DNA from: Gemmatimonadales bacterium
Lineage (GTDB): Bacteria; Gemmatimonadota; Gemmatimonadetes; Gemmatimonadales; GWC2-71-9
Direction of reading: 5' to 3'
DNA: 64,000 nucleotides
Assembly (NCBI GenBank): GCA_044869265.1
Contig: JBIOXD010000005.1
Location: 4,684-68,683 of the forward strand
Shown piece by piece: positions 1 to 8,521 of this stretch. The position numbers were made by a program, and so were the translations under genes. The notes under the pieces were generated by a model. It searched no databases. It was not told the DNA's origin and was given only the letters and a program-made list of their open reading frames with translations. The number at the start of each line of letters is the position of its first letter. Position 1 is the stretch's first letter.

Positions 1-1711
1 CCGCCTTGACCGCGTCGCTGAGCTGCTTCACCTGCTCCTCTCGGGCCGAAAGCGCCTTTTCCGCGAGCTCCGCTTCCCCTACCAGCGCTTCAGCGCGCTC
101 GGCTCTCGCCGCGAGCGCCGCAGCCTGTAGTGCTACGGGCTCGAGCCGCGTGAGCTCCGTGCGCACGGCGTTGTGACGCTCGGCGTCATACCCGCCGGCG
201 CGCGCCGCGACGCGCCGCTCGATCTCCTGCATGCGCTTGGCAAGGCCGGCCCGCTCCGTCTGCAGGCGGGCACGCTCGTCCGCCTGGGCGCGGAGCGCCC
301 CTTCGTGCTCGCTTGCCTGCCGGGTTTCCTCGCGCAACGCATCGCGCGCCGCCTCCGCCTGCGTCACGGCCGCTGGGGGTGCCGCCAGCTGCTCGATGCG
401 CTGCCGGAAGTACGTTCCGTCATCGATGATCGCCTGCAGCTGGCGAGCGAGCACGCCCAGGACCGCGGAGTGCTCAGTCCCCAGCGGCCGGCGGCACGTG
501 GGGCACTCGCCCTCGGGTCCCAGCTGCTCGATCTTGTCCCGTTGATCCTTCACCTCGTCGTATTGCTTGAGCAGCTCCGCACGACGCGTGCCCGCGTATT
601 CCTTCTCCCGCACCCACGCCGCCTGTTGCTCCCCGGCAACCTGATCGGCTGTCTCCAGCCGGTCGGTGAGCGCGCGCACCGCCGCCGTGGCTTTGACCAG
701 CGAGGCGTCGGCGTCAGCCAGCTTGGCAATGCGGCGATCCAGCACGTTGAGGTTGCGGGTGAGCTCGGTGACTTTCGCCTGGTCCTCACGGCGGGCCGCA
801 TCTTCGCGATGCAGCCGTTCGAGCGCCGCCAGCTCCGCTTTGAGCTTCGAAATCGGCGCGACCTCGGCGTCGAGCTTGCGCAGCTCCTCGCGCGCGCCCA
901 AGGTCTCCGCCAGCTCCTTGTCGAGCCGCTGGAATTCCTGACGCGCAACAACCACGCCCTGCTCGGCGACGCGCAAATCGCCGCCCAACGAGAGTGTGCG
1001 CTCGCGCCGCTCGACCCATTGCTGCCACCGCGGTTCTTCCTCGGCCAGCGCGTGCTGGGCCTTCGTTCGCTCCGCTGTCGCCCCGGTCGCGGCTTTGCGC
1101 GCATCGGTCAGTCGTACCTCCGCCGCCTTGCGCTCCTTCTCGAGCTCGGCTTGCGGCGGGAGTCCCGTCTCGAGACCGTCGACTTCGTGCGTGAGCGCGT
1201 TGCGCCGCTCGCGTACTCGTTCCTGGGCGATCGTGAGCTGCTCGTGCCGGAGCACGCGTGACAGGAATGCGGCCCGTTCGGGGCGCGTCGCGTCGGCCAG
1301 CACCGCGAGCTCTTTCTGACCGGTGAAATAGGTGTTGAAGAACTCGTCGTGCGTCATCCCCAGCACGCGCTGGAGCCGTGCCGTGACTTCCTTGATCGAA
1401 TTGGCGACCACGATGCCGTTTTCGTGCAGAGCCGCCTCGTTCAGCTTGCGCTCGACGGCGTACGTGCGGTTGCCGAGCGAGAACTCGAGCTCCACGCGCA
1501 TCGGCGCGCGAGCTTTCGCGCGCAGATTCCGAATCGAGTCCTTGTCGCCACGCGCGGCGGGGTTTCCGTAGATCGCCCAGGCAATCGCTTCGAGCAGCGA
1601 CGTCTTACCCGAGCCGTTGGGACCGATGACTCCGGTGATGCCGTCCCCGAAAGCGATCTCCGTATCGGCGTGCTGGCGGAAGTTGACGAGCCGCAGCCGG
1701 TGCAACCTCAC
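1..1711 (-). CDS. sbcC: SbcC/Rad50-family SMC-like ATPase; N-terminal part only, because the ORF runs off the left edge and is therefore absent from the ORF track
   Basis: Hand translation of the minus strand from GTG at 1711 gives VRLHRLRLVNFRQHADTEIAFGDGITGVIGPNGSGKTSLLEAI (Walker A GPNGSGKT). More than 450 aa of Ala/Glu/Arg/Leu-rich coiled coil follow, with a CPTC zinc-hook-like motif near nt 494-505. GTGA start/stop overlap with sbcD. Confidence 0.85.
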   Translation of the reverse strand, partial: MRLHRLRLVNFRQHADTEIAFGDGITGVIGPNGSGKTSLLEAIAWAIYGNPAARGDKDSIRNLRAKARAPMRVELEFSLGNRTYAVERKLNEAALHENGIVVANSIKEVTARLQRVLGMTHDEFFNTYFTGQKELAVLADATRPERAAFLSRVLRHEQLTIAQERVRERRNALTHEVDGLETGLPPQAELEKERKAAEVRLTDARKAATGATAERTKAQHALAEEEPRWQQWVERRERTLSLGGDLRVAEQGVVVARQEFQRLDKELAETLGAREELRKLDAEVAPISKLKAELAALERLHREDAARREDQAKVTELTRNLNVLDRRIAKLADADASLVKATAAVRALTDRLETADQVAGEQQAAWVREKEYAGTRRAELLKQYDEVKDQRDKIEQLGPEGECPTCRRPLGTEHSAVLGVLARQLQAIIDDGTYFRQRIEQLAAPPAAVTQAEAARDALREETRQASEHEGALRAQADERARLQTERAGLAKRMQEIERRVAARAGGYDAERHNAVRTELTRLEPVALQAAALAARAERAEALVGEAELAEKALSAREEQVKQLSDAVKA

Positions 1712-2913
1712 GCCGGACTCCCCGGAGTCTCTTCGGCACGCGCCGCCGCCTCGAGATACTCGACCCCGAGTTTGACGAAGGTCTCCCGGTTCAGCTCGGC
1801 GTCGAGCGGCCGGCGCCCGAGGAATTCGCGCACGGTCTCAGGAAGGCTTTGCCGCCGCGCACCAGGACCCGCTACGGAGCTCGTGCCACGGTTCAGCTGC
1901 GGGCGACGCAGATCGAGCTGGAAGTTGAGCGCCCGCGCCTTGTAGCTGCGGATTGCGGCGTGATCCAGGTCGCGGGCGACCGCGCGCTCCACGTCCCACG
2001 CCACGAGGCGCACGATTTGGTCGTCGATTTTCACCGACGCCACGCGTTCGGCGATCTGCGTATCCAGCTCTTTGGCGTTGAGACCCGCGCCTTGGATGAA
2101 CGGAAGATCGATGTGCCGCCGGACGGGGTCGATGGCGCGGAAGGTCACGCGCGCCCCCGATAACTCCACCAGGAGATATCCTTTGCCCGCGCGCCGCTTC
2201 TTTCCCTTCGCGGCGTCCTGGTCGTCCTGGAGCTGACCCCAAGGATTCGGCGGCAGATACTCGAGACTGCCGGCGTACCAGGCGTTGGCCGCGATCGACT
2301 GCGCGGTGTGGTAATGCCCAAGCGCGATGTAATCCCACTTCTCGGGAGCGAGAAGCTCGCGGGTGAGCTCGGCGCCGCCGTACTCCATGGTGCCACGCTG
2401 TTCCCCCAAGCCGCCGTAGACCCCATGCGCGACGAGGATGTTCAACGTAGGCCCACCAGGCTCGGGCCGGAGCGCGGGACGGTCGGCCTTGGCGAGCGCC
2501 TGCTGTGGAACCGCAAGCACCGCGCAGTCCAGTTTTGGCAACACGATGCGACGCGCTTCCTCAACCGCGATCTCGACGCCGAGCGCCTCGTACAGTCGCA
2601 GAATGGAGCCGGTCTCGGTGGATCGCGGCGTATCGTGCTCACCCGCAATGACCACAATCGGAGCATTCGGCAAGCCGGCGCGCAAGCGGTGCAGCTGCCG
2701 AAAACAGTACAGAATCGCGGCGTTGGTGGGGCGCACCGAGTGAAACAAGTCGCCGGCAATCACGATGAGGTCCGGCGTCTGCTCGAGGATGTCATCGACG
2801 GCGCGCTTGAACGCCTCGGCGACGTCGGCCTCGCGCTGATTCGCGCCCTTGGACGTTTGCCGATCGAACTGGCGAAAGCCGAGGTGCAGATCGGCGAGAT
2901 GGGCGAGCTTCAT
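1708..2913 (-). CDS. sbcD: Mre11/SbcD-family DNA repair exonuclease (calcineurin-like phosphoesterase)
   Basis: Internal ATG of track ORF 1708..3060. MKLAHLADLHLGFRQFDR...LIVIAGDLFH...GEHD...VAHG match metallophosphoesterase motifs. The upstream part of the track ORF overlaps the herA 3' end and is not used. Confidence 0.9.
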   Translation of the reverse strand: MKLAHLADLHLGFRQFDRQTSKGANQREADVAEAFKRAVDDILEQTPDLIVIAGDLFHSVRPTNAAILYCFRQLHRLRAGLPNAPIVVIAGEHDTPRSTETGSILRLYEALGVEIAVEEARRIVLPKLDCAVLAVPQQALAKADRPALRPEPGGPTLNILVAHGVYGGLGEQRGTMEYGGAELTRELLAPEKWDYIALGHYHTAQSIAANAWYAGSLEYLPPNPWGQLQDDQDAAKGKKRRAGKGYLLVELSGARVTFRAIDPVRRHIDLPFIQGAGLNAKELDTQIAERVASVKIDDQIVRLVAWDVERAVARDLDHAAIRSYKARALNFQLDLRRPQLNRGTSSVAGPGARRQSLPETVREFLGRRPLDAELNRETFVKLGVEYLEAAARAEETPGSPA

Positions 2914-2950
2914 TTTGCTCTTGGCCTGCGAAGGCGTCGAGGGAGACGCA

Positions 2951-4924
2951 TCAGTAGGGCTCGTCGCTGATCGCGTTAAGCGGCGGCACCGACTGATGCT
3001 CGCGCGGAACGCGTGCTTCCGACGTGACCCGGCTTCCGAGCGCCTTTCGGAAGTACGCAATCACGTCGTCGGGCCGAGTGCGCCGTACGGCAGCGAGTGC
3101 GCGCCGAACGTCCTCCGGCTCGCGATCGGCAATGAGGTCCTTCACCTGATTGGGCCGAACGCGCCGGTCGAGCTGGACGAGCTGGCGCACCACGGCGTCT
3201 TCGAACGGCACGTCGGCTGCGGGTGGGAAGCGCTCCACTCCATCACGGCCGCGCAGCACCGGTGGTTTCGGGAATCGCACGAAAATCGGCTGCGTGAAGT
3301 GTGGATGCCGCACCATGAGCTCGCCAATCGGGAGCGTCGCCAGCTTGCTCTTGGTGGCGGGGCTGAGCACCTGATACCCGGGCGTCGCAAGCTCGTCCAT
3401 GTCCATCCGGCCAAAGAGTTGCGTCCCCGCGTTGCCAACGACGCGGCGGTGTACCTGGGACCGAAACTGCTCGGCGCCGAACAGCACCAGCCCGAGGTAG
3501 CGCCCGCGCTCCGAAATATCGAGCAGCATCTTCTTCACGTAGGTCTCGGAGCCGTCGCCGGGCGCATACTTGTTGAGCTCATCGACGAACACGACGATCG
3601 CGTCGACACCCAGCTCGCGGCGCTCGAGCTGCTCCCGCAGCTTGGAGACCACGCGCGCGAACACGAGGTCCTGCCCCAACGGATCGACGTTCGCGATATC
3701 GACTACGTAGACCGTGCGGTCGGCGAATTCGTTCCACGGCAGGTCGCTGGACGGCCCGTCGTCGGTGACGAGTCCTTTGCAGCGCGTCGAGATGTTCAGC
3801 AGTCGATTACGAACCTTGCGCATCGTGGCGATGTGATGCGTGCGCCACGTGTCGCTGCGGCCGCCGGACGTGATCTCCAGGCCGTCGAAGATCGATCGGA
3901 ACAGATGATCGAGGTCGGCGAACGTCTGGACGCGGTGCGTACCGCCGAAGCCGTCGTCGAAGGTTCTGCCCAGCACGCGATCCCTGAGGAAGTCGATGAA
4001 CGCATCGGCTTTGGCGTCGATGTCGTCGCGGTTCAGCAGGACTTCGGCATAGTCGACGACCTCCTGCAGGCCCCAGGTGAGGGGCTCGACCGCCCCGATG
4101 AGATCGGCGTGGGTGCGCAGCGTGTTCAGATTGACACCGTCCGCTTTGAGCGGCGCGTAGTAGTGCACGCGCTCGAAGGGAGCGGCCGGGACACCCAGGC
4201 GTTGATACCGGTGTCGATCTTCGTCGCTCAAGTCGCCGGGCTGATCGAGAAAGCAGAGATCAGGACCTTTCACATTGAAGCAGACGGCGGCGATGCGGCC
4301 TTTGTGCGACGGGAAATGCGCGAAGATCGAGCCCAGCAGGAATTCGACCGCGCTCGTTTTCGTCGCAAGCCCCGAAACCCCTGAGATATTCAGGTGTGCG
4401 GCTTCCGGGCCGAGCAGGAAATCGGCGTCGAGGTAGACCGGCGCGTCACGGCCCGCGGACGTATACAACCCGACTGGGATAGCGGTTGGTGTCGCGGAAT
4501 ACAGGAACGCATCCATGCGAAGCGCCAGCGCAACATCGGCGTCGTCGGCGACGTACACCTGGCCGAGCGGGACCGGTTGCAACGGCTCTTCCGGCGTCTG
4601 CCGTAACACTGCGGCTGTCCAGTAGCGGATCTCTTGCCGCGTTGTCGGTGTCCCCGCCGCGCGGGTGGGATCGCCCTCCGCGCCGACCACATCGTGAAGC
4701 GGGGTGGCGAGATCGGAGTAAGCGAAGCCATCGGTCACCACGCCGTAGACCAGTCTTTCCGCTCCCTCCTCCGGGCTCCCTGCTCCAACCCTGACGATCG
4801 CACCAATTCCAATCGTTGTCTCAGTAGCCGTCCAGAAATGGAATTGATGGGGAGTCGAGGGTTTCAGCTCGGTCGCGACGACGCGACCAATCGGCGCGGG
4901 TTCCTGGCCGGAGCGCGCGATCAT
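2951..4924 (-). CDS. herA: HerA-like (DUF87/COG0433) ATPase
   Basis: Track ORF 2951..5032, start moved to the ATG that forms an ATGA overlap with the nurA stop. P-loop region LNISGVSGLATKTSAV (deviant), Walker B IVVFVDELNKYAP, then FGAEQ...VVGNAGTQLFGRM. Family assignment is by motif recognition only. Confidence 0.8.
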   Translation of the reverse strand: MIARSGQEPAPIGRVVATELKPSTPHQFHFWTATETTIGIGAIVRVGAGSPEEGAERLVYGVVTDGFAYSDLATPLHDVVGAEGDPTRAAGTPTTRQEIRYWTAAVLRQTPEEPLQPVPLGQVYVADDADVALALRMDAFLYSATPTAIPVGLYTSAGRDAPVYLDADFLLGPEAAHLNISGVSGLATKTSAVEFLLGSIFAHFPSHKGRIAAVCFNVKGPDLCFLDQPGDLSDEDRHRYQRLGVPAAPFERVHYYAPLKADGVNLNTLRTHADLIGAVEPLTWGLQEVVDYAEVLLNRDDIDAKADAFIDFLRDRVLGRTFDDGFGGTHRVQTFADLDHLFRSIFDGLEITSGGRSDTWRTHHIATMRKVRNRLLNISTRCKGLVTDDGPSSDLPWNEFADRTVYVVDIANVDPLGQDLVFARVVSKLREQLERRELGVDAIVVFVDELNKYAPGDGSETYVKKMLLDISERGRYLGLVLFGAEQFRSQVHRRVVGNAGTQLFGRMDMDELATPGYQVLSPATKSKLATLPIGELMVRHPHFTQPIFVRFPKPPVLRGRDGVERFPPAADVPFEDAVVRQLVQLDRRVRPNQVKDLIADREPEDVRRALAAVRRTRPDDVIAYFRKALGSRVTSEARVPREHQSVPPLNAISDEPY

Positions 4925-5925
4925 GTCCCCGTCTTGGGCAACCGTGACACTCGGCGCAGCTGGGGCTCGCGCGGGGCGAGGGCTCTCAGATATTCCTCCA
5001 CATTGTGTAAAGGATACAACAGCCGGTCCCACCGTGTCGCCGGTGTCGCGAGGGGCGCGCGCTCAGCCCAGAGCCAACCGCTCAACTCAGTCGCCCGCCC
5101 GACCGTGTTGGCGTCGGCGCGCGCCTCGACGCGCAGCAGCCCGTACAGCAGGTCGTTGCCTTCCCACGGCCAGAGCCGCACGTACCACGAGTACACTTCG
5201 GTGCGCGTGTGACCGCCGCGCACCGCAAAAACGCTTGTACGATTACCAGCCTGGAGCGTCAACGCGCGCTCAAGTCCCCGCCCCTCCAGAAACTGCGCTC
5301 CATGGCTCTTGATCACGCCGAGCGCGCGCGGATGCCGCGCGACCGCCGGCGAGCGCGACAGCAGGCCGTCCACGACAAGCCATTCGTCCGCCCGCATCGC
5401 TGTGATCCAGGACTCGGCGAGATCGCGCTCGATCGCGGCGCGTATCCGGCGGACGGTACTCTCGACCTGTTCCAGATAACGCACCGGTGACTCCACCAGA
5501 TCACCGGCCATGTGGTCGAGATCGGGAGCCGCTTGTTCCAGCCGCTGTCGCAAGTTCGCATGCATACGGTCAAGAGGAGCAATCGCGAACGCACGACTTC
5601 GCTCAGAGGTCGTGTGTAGCACTCCACGTGCGTCACGGCGCCGGATCGCTGCCGCGACGTAAGCATTGACGATCGGTGCGACGCCGTCATAGGCGACTAC
5701 ACTCCAGCGTTCGATCCCGGCGAGGAACGAGACTGCCGCAGGGACGCGGGCATCAGCGCGATCGGGCAGCGGGTGCGCCTGGAGCTCCGCATCCTCAACG
5801 AGATCCGCGCGATCGGTGTCGGTCTCCACGTCCGTCCCCCCCCTCGCCCCCCCTCCCGCAGCGGGAGAAGGAACGAACGCCGCTGGGACCGCGCCCGCCG
5901 CAATCAGATCGTGCCACCAGGTCAT
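4921..5925 (-). CDS. nurA: NurA-like nuclease
   Basis: Track ORF 4921..6135, start moved to MTWWHD (ATG at 5925, 2 nt after the methyltransferase stop). Motifs VVAYDGV, WLVVDGLL and GVIKSHGAQF resemble NurA DG/K[ST] motifs. Position immediately upstream of herA supports the call. Confidence 0.65.
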   Translation of the reverse strand: MTWWHDLIAAGAVPAAFVPSPAAGGGARGGTDVETDTDRADLVEDAELQAHPLPDRADARVPAAVSFLAGIERWSVVAYDGVAPIVNAYVAAAIRRRDARGVLHTTSERSRAFAIAPLDRMHANLRQRLEQAAPDLDHMAGDLVESPVRYLEQVESTVRRIRAAIERDLAESWITAMRADEWLVVDGLLSRSPAVARHPRALGVIKSHGAQFLEGRGLERALTLQAGNRTSVFAVRGGHTRTEVYSWYVRLWPWEGNDLLYGLLRVEARADANTVGRATELSGWLWAERAPLATPATRWDRLLYPLHNVEEYLRALAPREPQLRRVSRLPKTGT

Positions 5926-5927
5926 TC

Positions 5928-6560
5928 TCAGTTCCCCACTTTGACGCCCACGACGAGGCCATCGCGCACGGGGATAATCGTGGCCACGAGGCGCGGATCG
6001 CCGGCGGCCAATTCGTTGAATCGGCGCACGCCCGCGCCGCCGGCGGACTTGTCCTTGGGATCGACTGCGGCGCCGTGGAAGAAGGCGTTGTCGCATAACA
6101 GCAGACCGCCCTTCCGCAGCAACCGCATGCCCCAATTGAAATATCGGGGCAGCGGCTCCTTATCGGCATCGATGAACACCGCGTCAAATCCCGGCGACAA
6201 CGTGGGCAGGATGTCGAGCGCCGCTCCCTCGATCAGCCGAACGCGGTCCTGCAGGCCGGCCAATGCGAAGGCCTCGCGGGCGATCGCGGCGTGCTTCGAT
6301 TCTCGCTCGATGGTCGTGAGCGTACCGCCGGGAGCGAGCGCGCGCGCCAGCCAGACGCCGCTGTAGCCGCCCAGCGTGCCGACTTCGAGCACCTGTTTCG
6401 CCTGGATGAGCCGTAGCAGGAGATGCAGCAGCTTGCCCTCTTCAGGCGAAACGTTGATGGCTGGCAGCTTTTCCGACTGATGGCGCTCGCGGATCTTCGC
6501 GAGGACCGGGTCTTCAGCAGCGAACAGCTCGGTGACGTAGCGTTCGAATCGCTCGTCCAC
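5928..6560 (-). CDS. Class I SAM-dependent O-methyltransferase (family 3, YrrM/caffeoyl-CoA OMT-like)
   Basis: Track ORF 5928..6608 (GTG). It contains VLEVGTLGGYSGVWLA...AVFIDADK. I prefer the in-frame GTG at 6560, which gives a TAGTG stop/start overlap with the upstream gene. 6608 remains possible. Confidence 0.85.
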   Translation of the reverse strand: MDERFERYVTELFAAEDPVLAKIRERHQSEKLPAINVSPEEGKLLHLLLRLIQAKQVLEVGTLGGYSGVWLARALAPGGTLTTIERESKHAAIAREAFALAGLQDRVRLIEGAALDILPTLSPGFDAVFIDADKEPLPRYFNWGMRLLRKGGLLLCDNAFFHGAAVDPKDKSAGGAGVRRFNELAAGDPRLVATIIPVRDGLVVGVKVGN

Positions 6561-7075
6561 TACGCCGTAGCTTCGACGTTCGGGAAGGGGGGGACGTCCA
6601 GAAGCCACAGCCCCGCGATGCGCGATTGTTTATCGATCTCCACCAACAGATGATCACCGACGCGAACCACCGTCGCCGCACGCTGCCGGCCGACGCGGAT
6701 GTGGAACACCGATTCGTTGGGGTTCTTGTCGACCGTCAGCGCCGTATCGAGCTCCACGGCCTCGACGCTCGCCTTCGACCGCCGGTCCGGGAAAGTCACC
6801 TGCCCCTCTTTGATCGTATCGGGCGGCGCGAGCGACGCCACGGTGCGCACGTCCTCCGGCCAGGTCACCACGTCGAGGCCGCGCAGGGTGCCGCCCGCGA
6901 CGTCGATCACGACGAACGAGCCGTCACCGCCCTCGAGATCGACCGTCCCGTTCATGCCGTCGCCTTTCGGGCCGCCCTTGCAGGCAACGGTCAGAATGTC
7001 AGTCTCGGGGTCCCAGCGGTAGCTCACCTTTGGAAGTTTGCCGCTGAGAGGTGCGACGCGTGCTTCGAAGTGCAT
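6560..7075 (-). CDS. Hypothetical protein with two DUF2283-like halves
   Basis: Track ORF 6560..7231, start moved to MHFEAR (ATG at 7075). YRWDPETDILTV resembles the DUF2283 YD.E.D.LYI signature. The second half (VFHIRVG...LLVEIDKQSRIAGLWLLDVP) repeats the pattern. Confidence 0.55.
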   Translation of the reverse strand: MHFEARVAPLSGKLPKVSYRWDPETDILTVACKGGPKGDGMNGTVDLEGGDGSFVVIDVAGGTLRGLDVVTWPEDVRTVASLAPPDTIKEGQVTFPDRRSKASVEAVELDTALTVDKNPNESVFHIRVGRQRAATVVRVGDHLLVEIDKQSRIAGLWLLDVPPFPNVEATA

Positions 7076-7125
7076 GCGGTAACGTGCTTCCTGTGCGAGA
7101 TGAGGCTGCGTAATATAGCTGCACC

Positions 7126-8334
7126 ATGGAACGGCGCGAGTTTTTGACGGTCGCGGGCGGTGTGGTGATGGGAGCCACGGTTTATCCGACGGGCGGTCGG
7201 GCGATCGGGGGGGGGCGGTCACAATCGCCATCCCTCGGACCGGCAGTTTTCGAGGGCCGCGTTCAGCGCCTGCAGGAAGAACTCAAGACACGCAAGCTCG
7301 ATCTCCTCGTGACGGAACCGAGCACGAACTTCCAGTATTTCGCCGGCTACAATCCGGGGCGAAGTGAACGGCTCATTCTGTTGATGATTCCCGCGACGGG
7401 CACGCCGGCGCTCATTTGCCCGTCGTTCGAGGTCGAGCGGATCAAGCGTAACAGCGCGATCAGCGACGTGCGCGGGTGGGAAGAACACGAGGATCCATGG
7501 AAACTCGTGGACCGAGCGGGCGCTGAAATGAAACCGCCGCGCCGCCCCGGTGTGGCCGCGATCGAGCCCACGACGTCGTATCAGAGCTACTTGCGGCTGG
7601 ACGACAAGCTGGACGGCTGGCGGTTCACAAACGGTGGACCGGTGACCGAGCGGCTGCGGATCATCAAGAGTCCCGAGGAAATCGAGCTGATTCGCCGGGC
7701 AATCGCCGCGACGGAAGCGGCGATGGCCGCGACATTTTCGCAGCTCGCCGTCGGAATGACCGAGCGCGAAGTCGCACAGCTCCTCTCGCGCGAGATGGCG
7801 AGCCGCGGCTCACCAGGCGGCGGGCTCGTGCAATTCGGACCATCGAGCGCCCTGCCGCACGGCGGACCTTCGGCGGGACGCCTGCAGCGCGAGACCGTCG
7901 TGCTGATCGATTGCGGTTCGCGCGTCGAGGGCTATACCTCCGACGTCACGCGCACGATCTGGTTCGGTGATGCGCCATCAGAGGAATTCAAGAAGGTCTA
8001 CAACACGGTGCACGACGCGCAGACGGCGGCGCTCGAAATCGGAAAGCCCTTCACGACCCAGTGCCAGGAGCTGGACCGGGCGGCCCGGAAAGTGATCACC
8101 GACGCAGGCTATGGGCAGTTCTTCACCCATCGCCTCGGCCACGGAATGGGCATGGACGGCCATGAGGCACCCTACATGGTCGAAGGGAATGAGACGCGCA
8201 TCGAGCCGGGTATGGTGTTTACCGATGAGCCAGGGATCTATCAGCTGAACAAGTTCGGGGTGCGGATCGAGGATGACTGTGTGATGACCGAACAGGGGAT
8301 AGAAGTTCTCTCACACCGGCCGCCGAAACTCTAG
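7126..8334 (+). CDS. M24 family Xaa-Pro aminopeptidase with a Tat-type signal
   Basis: MERREFLTVAGGVVMGA twin-arginine leader. Creatinase/prolidase N-domain and HRLGHGMGMDGHE...DEPGIY...RIED metal ligand motifs. Confidence 0.9.
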   Translation: MERREFLTVAGGVVMGATVYPTGGRAIGGGRSQSPSLGPAVFEGRVQRLQEELKTRKLDLLVTEPSTNFQYFAGYNPGRSERLILLMIPATGTPALICPSFEVERIKRNSAISDVRGWEEHEDPWKLVDRAGAEMKPPRRPGVAAIEPTTSYQSYLRLDDKLDGWRFTNGGPVTERLRIIKSPEEIELIRRAIAATEAAMAATFSQLAVGMTEREVAQLLSREMASRGSPGGGLVQFGPSSALPHGGPSAGRLQRETVVLIDCGSRVEGYTSDVTRTIWFGDAPSEEFKKVYNTVHDAQTAALEIGKPFTTQCQELDRAARKVITDAGYGQFFTHRLGHGMGMDGHEAPYMVEGNETRIEPGMVFTDEPGIYQLNKFGVRIEDDCVMTEQGIEVLSHRPPKL

Positions 8335-8356
8335 CCACAGTGTTGCAGGGTGTTCT

Positions 8357-8506
8357 AACCCCGGGCGCAAGCCCGGGGTCAACAAAACGTCCGAACCCGG
8401 TTGCTTTGGCAATCAACAGCGGCGCAGCCACCTGCCTCGGCGACAGCCTCGGCAACCAACAGAGCCAGCCACCTGCCCTGTTGACCCCGGGCTGGCGCCC
8501 TGGGTC
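8357..8506. repeat. Two related GC-rich hairpins bracketing a duplicated ~24-nt segment in a convergent intergenic spacer
   Basis: Hairpin A is accccgggc-gcaa-gcccggggt (8358-8379). Hairpin B is gaccccgggc-tggc-gccctgggtc (8483-8506). The internal direct repeat caaNcaacag..gccagccacctgcc lies at about 8411-8436 and 8454-8477. Confidence 0.6.
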
Positions 8507-8521
8507 AGAAAACCTCAAACC

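Noticed and set aside
173-1261. Long plus-strand ORF (362 aa) and other ORFs across 133-1945
   Set aside because: They are antisense to the Rad50/SbcC-like gene. Their products are low-complexity Arg/Leu/Ala-rich sequences typical of spurious ORFs in high-GC DNA. The minus-strand frame has a clear Walker A, coiled coil and zinc hook.
8335-8521. tRNA, SRP RNA or tmRNA in the longer spacers (also 51893-52222)
   Set aside because: I saw no cloverleaf-compatible arms, no T-loop GTTCRANNC, and no SRP GGAA/AGCA helix 8 motif by eye. This needs tRNAscan-SE or Infernal to be definitive.
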